Source: Octopus bimaculoides (Eukaryota). From it: a DNA stretch of 64,000 nt. Shown one piece after another: positions 25,501 to 35,122 of this stretch. Within the stretch, counting starts at the first letter, position 1. Every line of letters begins with the position of its first letter. Both the position numbers and the translations under genes were made by a program. The notes under the pieces are model-generated. The model was not told the origin of the DNA. It ran no database searches and worked only from the letters and a program-made list of their open reading frames with translations. The DNA is taken from positions 10,334,767 to 10,398,766 of the forward strand of contig NC_069004.1 of NCBI RefSeq assembly GCF_001194135.2, in the 5' to 3' direction.

Positions 25501-28500
25501 AAATAGAACAAATAATAATTAGGGACTTAATCTGTCTGTCTGTGCGTAAATATATGTATTTTGGGCTAAGTCTATGAAGTGGATTCGTTCATTCTTGAAT
25601 TCATGAAAACTTTCTAAGATAAATTCTGATGAATTCAGAAACCAAACAAATTTGTAAATTTACCCATAAATAAATAAATAAATAAATAAATAAAGACTCT
25701 ACTTTTAAAAGTACTGAGTTCTGTATTTAGTTTGTGGCCACCATTGCTCCTACAAACAGATGTAACAAATATGTGCACACACAAACATGCATGCATGACA
25801 TTCGAGCGAGTTTGTTGCCAGTACCTCTGGACTGGCTCTTGTGCAGGTGGCACGTAAAATACACCATTTCGAGTGTGGCCAGTGCCAGTACCTCCTGACT
25901 GGCCTTCGTGCCAGTGGCACGTAAAAGCACCCACTACACTCATGGAGTGGTTGGCGTTAGGAAGGGCATCCAGCTGTAGAAACTCTGCCAAATCGGATTG
26001 GAGCCTGGTGTTGCCATCCGGTTTCACCAGTCCTCAGTCAAATCGTCCAACCCATGCTAGCATGGAAAGCGGACGTTAAACGATGATGATGATAGTTCTC
26101 AAAGAGACGGAGGTATGACATCCAAAGTTATCGATTTGTGGATTACAACTGATCATGTGACCTGCTAACAATATTCCAAATAGATTTACTTAATCAACAC
26201 TGACCCAAGACAACACAACAAATTTAAATTCATAAAAAACTCAAAACAGGTTAATTAACCTACCAATTCTTCTTGAATCTGCGCTTCTTCAGCTTCTTTC
26301 TTTTTCTGAAAATATACCAAAAACCAAAAATCTCAAACACCAACAAAAAAGTCAAAAATGGTAAAATAGCAGAGAAATAGTTTTGCTTTATTGAGTTACA
26401 TAAAGATGGCAGGTTGGTAGAATCATTAGCACACTGGACAAAATGCTTAACAGCATTTCTTCCAGAGCTTTACATTCTTAGTTCAAATACTGCAGAGGTC
26501 AACTTTGCCTTTCATTCATTTGGTATCAATAAAATGTGTGTGTTGGCACTCCGTCGCTTACGACGTCGAGGGTTCCAGTTGATCCAATCAACGGAACATT
26601 AACGTGCAAGTGGCTGAGCACTCCACAGACACGTGTACCCTTAACGTAGTTCTCGGGGATATTCAGCGTGACACAGTGTGACAAGGCTGACCCTTTGAAT
26701 TACAGACACAACAGAAACAGGAAGTAAGAGTGAGAGAAAGTTGTGGTGCAAGAGTACAGCAGGGTTCGCCACCATCTCCTGCCGGAGCATCGTGGAACTT
26801 GAAATTGTTTTCACTCAATAAGCACTCACAACGCCTGGTCTGGGAATCGAACCCGCGATCCTATGACCGCGAGTCCGCTGCCCTAACCACCGGGCCATTG
26901 CGCCTCCACCTCAATAAAATAAAGTACCAGTTAAGTACAGGGGTTGATGTAATCAATTAACTCCCTCTCCAGAAATTGTTGGCCTTGTAGCAAAAATCTG
27001 AAACAATCATTTAGGTACATCCCTTAACCCTTTCGATACCAACCTGGCTGAAACTGACTCTGGCTCTGTAGTACAAATGTTTTGTTTTCGTAAGTTTTGA
27101 ATTAAAATCTTCCACTAAATCTTAGTCACAATTTATGTTCCTAATACCAGCTTAATGACAACTAAGTCATTTTACTAAATTCTTTGATATATTTGGAATT
27201 AATTGCAAGAAACACAGATCATCTCAAAATAAATATGGTAACAAAAGGATTAATGATCTGATTTTAAAGTTTTCTTAAGTCAACTTCACTGTTCATTCTT
27301 CTGAGGTTGATAAAATATAAAATATTTGTGTCTATGTTTGTACCCCACTATCACTTGACAGTCGGTATTGGTGTGTTTACATCCCCGTAACTACGTGGTT
27401 TAGCAAAAGAGACTGATAGAATAAGTACCAGGCTTTAAAGAAAAAAAAAGTACTGGGGTCAATTCATTTGGGTAAAAATTCAAGACGGTGCCCCAGCATG
27501 GCCACAGTCTAATGATTGAAACAAATAAAAGAAAAAAGATACCAGGTGTGCTAAAAACTGCACATTAACAAAACGAGAAACTTTCGACACACTTTGCCTC
27601 CCACCACAAATAATGACGACTGTTTTAGAGAGATAAAAATGGATGACTGACCCGAAGAAGTTCCTCTTGTAGGCGCATCTCCTCTTCTTGCTTCTTTTTC
27701 TCTTCTTCCAACTTCCTTTTCTCCTCCTCTTCCTTTTGCCACAGAGCCTCGAGTTCAGCAGCCGACTTCATCTCAACACCCCGAGGCTCCTTGCCGGCTT
27801 TCAATGGACTGTAAGTAGCACTAGTCAGGCTGCCAACACCTCTATGGAATGCAAGGAGGGGAGCAGATCAAAACAAATAAACAGGGACAAAAATAAACAT
27901 GCATTACAGAGAAATTTCCATTGTGTCTTAATCCAGGGGTTTTCAAACTGTGGTCCGCAAGGAGAAGACAGGTGGTCTGTGGACAGCAAATACTTTTTAT
28001 GGGCAATTTGATTTTATATATGTTTTTTAATCGAAATCTTTTAATTGACAATAAACCTATTTGTTAAATACTGTTAAATAAATAAATGTAAAAATATATG
28101 TTATTTTAAGCAAATGTTTATGTATAAATTTCATAAGCGTTTATAAGGGGGGTCCCTAAGGTAAAGCCTGAAATATAAAGGGGTCCACGGACCACAGTTT
28201 GTAAACCCCTGCTCTACATAACTGATTATACCACAACACTTGCAACACTGTGTCCACAGAACAGACACAGGATCCTACAATAAACTAAAACAAAAGCTGC
28301 TCAGCAACAACAGGATATAATGCAATGTGTGCTTATAGTATCAGAACACTGTGTGAAGATATTGTAATTGTTATTCTTAAGCTGTGAGTCATCTCTCATC
28401 GTTGAAGTGATTTTCTATTAGTGTGTTGTTACTCTGTTCTGCTCAGGCATTCAATGGGACTACTCAAGAACAAGTGATGACAAAACATTTCTGAAACATA

Positions 28501-31242
28501 GAAAATTTCTCACTTCACAATACTAAAGATTGTGTGCCTCACATTGACCCACTGATCATATGATAAGCCATTTGTATGTGTTGTTCTGATTGGTCGAATC
28601 AACTTCATACTATCATTCACCATTATCATCAGTTAATGCCCAAAACAAAAGATGAAGTGGTGAGAAAGGATCTTCAGATGTTAGGCCTCGCAGAGGGGAT
28701 GACAAGGGACAGGCACGTCTGGCAGTTCACTGTGCTTGAGAAGACATGTCAAGGTAAGTAAAAATCATGGCTGTCTGTGCTGGTGCTACATAAAAAGCAC
28801 TTGTGCCGGTGCCATGCCAAGTAAAAGTTTTTTGTGTCAGTGTTGCATAAAAGTACCCAGTAAACTCTGTAAAGTGGTTGGTGTTAGGAAGGGCATCCAG
28901 CCATAGAAACCATGCCAAAACAGACATGGAGCCTGGATACCTCTTCAGCTGGCTAGCTCTGGTCAAACTGTCTAACCCATGCCAGCATTGACAACGGACA
29001 TTAAATGATGATGAATGATGATTTTCCATACTTGCATGAGTTGGACAAAGTTTATTGAGGCAGGATTTCTACAGCCAAATGCTCTTCTTCTTATAGACCC
29101 TCACCGATTTCCAAGCAAGCTAATATTTCCCCATGGTTAACCCTTTCATTACCAACCCGGCTGAAACCGGCTCTGCCTCCGTAGTACAAATGTCTTGTTT
29201 TCATAAACTTTGAATTAAAATCTTCCACCAAACCTTAGTCACAATTTATGTTCCTAACACTAGCTGAGTAATAACTAAATTATTTTACTAAATTCTTTGT
29301 TATATTTAAGGTAATTGAGAGAAACACAGAGCATCTCGAAATAAATATGGTAACAAAAGGGTTAAACAGGTTTTCACAGAATATTGGAAATGAATGACAT
29401 CTATTTAAACAATCATCTGATATCAAGACAAGACATGTGCATATATAATATATGATAGGCTTCTTTCAGTTTCTCTTTATCAAATCACTCACAAGGCTTT
29501 GGTTGGCCTAGTGGAGTAATAGTAGAAAACAACTGCCCAAGGTGCCATGCAAAAACAATTACAACTGACAGGTACACTTGGTTCTATTGGTGATGGTTTC
29601 AAAAATTAGAAAACATTTCCAAGGAACAATAAAATGTCTGTTTAAAATCACATTATTTTTCAATAATATTTCTGTTTGAGATTTTACAAAGAGAGAAAAA
29701 AAAAAGAAAAAGGAATCTCTGGTAAAATAGAATTTTGTTCAAAACCTCTGATCATTTATTCATAAACAGATTGATAGCATCAGGAGATAAGCAACAAAAA
29801 TAAAATTGGTTGATGGAAGTTGTTGCCATGGATACTGTGTTTGAAATTTAAGTCTTAGATTGAAAATAGCAATTCTGAAGACAGATAAAAATTTATAAAA
29901 TCATAAATAATAATAATAATATATCACCATCAGAAAAGCTCATTATTTTACAAACCATTACTAAGAGCTCAAAAGAACAACATTGTACAGTTCACTTTCT
30001 CATTAACAGTATTAAACAAGTCTTTTTTTATTCGCAAGGGGCAAATTTTGCCAAATAAAGGTGCAATCAAAACCAGATGTACCATAGTACATATTTTAAC
30101 TTTGCTGCTGCCAAAAGATGATAAGCATAGTTAGACCCCGGCAGGATTTGAACTCAGACAACAAAGGTTCAAAACAATATCATATGGGAGATTTAATCCA
30201 GCACTCCATTTTAACCAACTCCATCTCTCAAAATAACCAAGAATGCACAGTGACATTTTTATAATCTAATGTTTTCAAAGAATCTTTAAATATTAGCTGT
30301 GGTTCAAGAAATTTGCTTTTAACCACAAAATTTCAGGTTCAATCTCACTTGCAGTATTTTGAGCAACTGCCTTATACTGTAACCTCAAGATGACCAATGT
30401 CTTTGTGAGTGAAATTTCATGGACGGAAACTACAGAGAAGTTCATCATATATACTTGTTTGTTCACTGGCAAAAGAATAATTTAAAAACATTCGTCAAAC
30501 AAAAGAAATATCATCTGGTATTTAGTCTGCCAAGTTAGACCCATTAGCTATTCAATAAACATTGATAAAAAAAAGTGCTAGACAATGTATTGTAGGGCAT
30601 ATAAAGGAGTGTTCCAGCATGGTCGCAGTCCAAAGACTGAAACTAATAAAAGATTACTTAACCATTTAACATTCAGATTACTGTCAAATGTAATACATAT
30701 TTATTCACATTGTTTTGCATTCTCTCATAGCTTTGAGATTTCGATGATGTTACTGTATATTTTTAAAATGACATTGTAGCTTATGTACGAGAGGGTGGAT
30801 CTATCTGGTATGAACATAAAACAGGTAAAATGTTTGGGCCAGATATGGCAGGTTTAAATTCTAAAGGGTTAATTAAATGAAACTTATCAAGTTACCATTG
30901 AAAGAGCAGACATGGTAGAGTGTTTTCTAGAATACAATGTCTTAACAGGATTTAGTCAGCTGCCTCTTAGATTCCAATTTGAAATCTTACTAACGTCAAA
31001 GCTTGCTTTCCCGTCACCATGTTAAAATATGTACCAGTTATGATATACTGGGATTGATTCAATTGGTAATATTCCCAAACAATACAAAAATTGGCCTTGC
31101 GCCAAAATGAAATGAAATCAACTTGAATTAAAAATGAACACTTTGAATCTTTTGAAAAGACATAAAACAAAACTAAGAAAAACATTGACTGATGTAGCAC
31201 CCAACAGGTTATTCTAGATCCATCCAAGTTAACTGTCAACAC

Positions 31243-31279
<37 letters not shown>

Positions 31280-33278
31280 AGCCTGCTGTTGTAGTAGTAG
31301 TGGATGGTTTAGTCAGTGTAATAATCAACATATACAGGGTGCCAATGTATGAATCCTATTACAAGTGCTGCATGTTTGCCTTAAGCAAGACACTTCACTC
31401 TCATATAGCCTAATCAGCATTATCATTTAATATCCATTTTCCATATTGGCATGGGTTGGATGGTGACAAGCTGGCAGAAACGTTAGCACGCCGGGCGAAA
31501 TGCTTGGCGGTATTTCATCTGCCGTTACGTTCTGAGTTCAAATTCCGCCGAGGTTGACTTTACCTTTCATCCTTTCGGGGTCGATAAATTAAGTACCAGT
31601 TACGCACTGGGGTCGTTACGCACTATCTGTCCTTGTTTGTCCCCTCAATGTTTAGCCCCTTGTGGGCAATAAAGAAATAAGAGGGACAGGAACAGGTGTC
31701 TCACTGCAGGGCAGATACATGGTTAGTCCAATCGGAAAAGAGAGAAGACAGTGATGTAACTAGGTACCACCAAGCAGAAACTAGTCAAAGCAATAAGTAG
31801 TAGTAGTAGTAGTAGTAGTAGCAATAGAAAAACTGACAGTTTGTTACTTGACAATGCTAGGTTCAATTTCACTTGTGGACACAAAGTGGGTGGATTCTAC
31901 CAGACTAATATTCTGATAGATACCCCAAGTACTGTGAATGACATCATAGTCTTCAACAAATTGGATGGTGCTGACCATCACATTAATGATTAATTTTGTA
32001 TTTAATTAAATGTAATGTTAACAAGAAAACTATTTCAACTTCAATTAAATAAAGTAGATTAAAACGCCAAAAACAAAGAACAAAGAAAATTAACTTTGAA
32101 GGCAGCTGAAAACCTGTCTCTTACCTGAAGAAGTTCAAAAAACTAAGAAAATAGAAAAGGTACAATGTTTTCAGTCAAATAAAGAACATTCTCTGTGGCT
32201 ATGGATGATGTGGTGATGAATGAAAAGAAGAGTTTAGTCCAAATATGGCCTCCTCTGGTGAGATAAATTCAAACTGACATATGCGCTGTTTATCAGTGTT
32301 ATATATTGGATCAGAGCAATTGAATGAAATGGGGTGAGTGTTCAATTCTAATTTAATCTCCATTCTTCTTAAGATACTTCTACACATAACTAGTACTTGA
32401 TGGTCAATAAGAGAGCTTCTTTGTCGTCACACAATATGCTAGAAATAGAAGCCTAATCTCTCCGTCTTAACAGAAATTGGAAGGATTCATTAAATTATTT
32501 AGTCCAAGATATACTATGCCTCTATATAAAGATGAGATAGTCATGACTGAGATACCTTTATGATTATAATATTTCAGGCTATAAACTTCATCTTTAGAGA
32601 TAACACTTCGTTTTTTTCTATCTTTCGCTACTTCTGTTTCAATCAGTTGGGTCTATAGTTATCATATATGTATATAGTACTGGATATATTCCTAACAATG
32701 AATATGTATGCACATAGTACCGGATATCATAACATAATAGTTAAGCACATTACTGCTCTTAGTTTAGATATAAAGGTTGTGAATCTCAATTTAGTGTGGT
32801 ATATATCCCAGAATATGAAACCTGATGCCACAGATCAAAGCCTGTGTAGTGTAGAGGTAAGTATTAAAAAAATGTATGTTTTATCTTACGCTTAACAGTC
32901 TGTAAAAAATCATCTCAGATATCTCAACAGTGGAACAGTTTTAGTTATAAGCCTACTGGATCAAGGCTGACCTGGGGTTAAACAACAACATGGTACCTTA
33001 TGATAAACGGAGATTAAACTGTCCAAAGTTAGTTTTACAAATGCACACAAACAAATAAATGACGAGGCTAATAGACTAAAAAAAATGTTTCCTGTCAATA
33101 CTGCTACTAATAAGAATGATGATGATGATGATGATAACTACATCAACAATGCAAACAAGTGCACTCCACGACCATGTGGTCCCAGATTTGGTTCTCCTGT
33201 GCAGCATAGAGCACCTTGGACAGAATTCTTTTCAAATTGACCGATAGCTCATGACAGAAATTGTGTAGCAGATGTACA

Positions 33279-33331
<53 letters not shown>

Positions 33332-34337
33332 CTGGGATTGCCAATAAATCAGTGCACTGAACAGATTCTGGTCGATTTACCTCCTTTTATGCTAAGATGG
33401 ACTTAGCCATTCAGTAAATACATTGAAAAAATAAGTTATCAGTAAAAATACTGGAGCCAGTTATGATTAACTAAAAAAACCTTTGAGAGCAGTGCCCCAG
33501 CTTGGTCAGTCTAAAGACTAAAATGCATAATGGCAGGAGCAAGAGTTAATTTGGTTTCCGTGTCTCGTGCACCTAAACAAAACTGAATAGGTTTGGTTGC
33601 TGCACAGCAAAGATTAAATATCTACAGCATAATTGAGACATGCACTAGTGAGTTCAATTCTTCCTGGAGAAAAAGCTAACAGTAATAGAGTCTAGTGTCC
33701 TATCCAGGGTAATTACACTGTTTGTATGATGGTGACATTGATTTACAACTATCGCATGATGTCAAAACAAAGAGACACACACACATATGTATGTATATAT
33801 ATATATATATATATATNNNNNNNNNNNNNNNNNNNNNNNNNNNNNNNNNNNNNNNNNNNNNNNNNNNNNNNNNNNNNNNNNNNNNNNNNNNNNNNNNNNN
33901 NNNNNNNNNNNNNNNNNNNNNNNNNNNNNNNNNNNNNNNNNNNNNNNNNNNNNNNNNNNNNNNNNNNNNNNNNNNNNNNNNNNNNNNNNNNNNNNNNNNN
34001 NNNNNNNNNNNNNNNNNNNNNNNNNNNNNNNNNNNNNNNNNNNNNNNNNNNNNNNNNNNNNNNNNNNNNNNNNNNNNNNNNNNNNNNNNNNNNNNNNNNN
34101 NNNNNNNNNNNNNNNNNNNNNNNNNNNNNNNNNNNNNNNNNNNNNNNNNNNNNNNNNNNNNNNNNNNNNNNNNNNNNNNNNNNNNNNNNNNNNNNNNNNN
34201 NNNNNNNNNNNNNNNNNNNNNNNNNNNNNNNNNNNNNNNNNNNNNNNNNNNNNNNNNNNNNNNNNNNNNNNNNNNNNNNNNNNNNNNNNNNNNNNNNNNN
34301 NNNNNNNNNNNNNNNNNNNNNNNNNNNNNNNNNNNNN

Positions 34338-34385
<48 letters not shown>

Positions 34386-35091
34386 GCAGTGGCTTTCTTT
34401 CGTCTTTTCCTGTTTCCTGTTCTGCAAGTTACTTGGCAACCTCACTGGTACTGGTGGCACAAGAAAGGCACCCAGTACACTCTGTGAAGTTAGTGTTAGG
34501 AAGAGCATCCAACCATAGAAAACCCTGTCACAGCTGACACTGGAGTTCAACACAGGCCAGCAGCTCAATGGATCCTGTTAAAATCATCCACCTCATGCCA
34601 GCATGGAAAACAGACATATGATGATGATGATGATGAAGTGACCCACTTCAGCAACAACCACATCGGCACAAGTTGCTTTACTTTTTGAAATAAAGATAAA
34701 GCTATGATATAAAGCAAAAATTTATGCAAAGTATAGTAAATTTCATGTGATAAGTTCCAAAATAAACCCTAAACCTTCTCCAGTTATTGCAGATACTAAA
34801 CCCAGACAAAGCTGGATACTGCTGTACTTGGCATAATAATCCTTTCTATAATAGGCACAAGGCCTGAAACTTTGGGGGAGGGGGCCAGTTGATTAGATCG
34901 ATCCCAGTACCCAACTGGTACTTAATTTATTGACCCCGAAAGGATGAAAGGCAAAGTCAACCTCAGTGGAATTTGAACTCAGAACACAGCGGTAGAGGAA
35001 ATACCACTAAGCATTTCGCCTGGTATGCTAACGATTGTGCCAGCTCACTGCCTTTGTACTTGGCATAATAATGAAAACAATAATAATAATG

Positions 35092-35122
<31 letters not shown>

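Noticed and set aside
25635-26027. Recurrent MKPDG...AEFLQLDALPNANHSE ORFs
   Set aside because: Antisense translation of retroposon family 3, seen at several copies; not a gene family.
29822-29835. RFX X-box-like GTTGCCATGGATAC (also GTTGTCATGGTAAC at 50663-50676)
   Set aside because: Deep intronic or repeat-like context, far from any candidate TSS; insufficient support for function.
33700-34568. Long ORFs spanning N-runs (also near 38.2, 39.6, 44.1 and 48.8 kb)
   Set aside because: Artefacts of untranslated Ns plus dinucleotide repeats.
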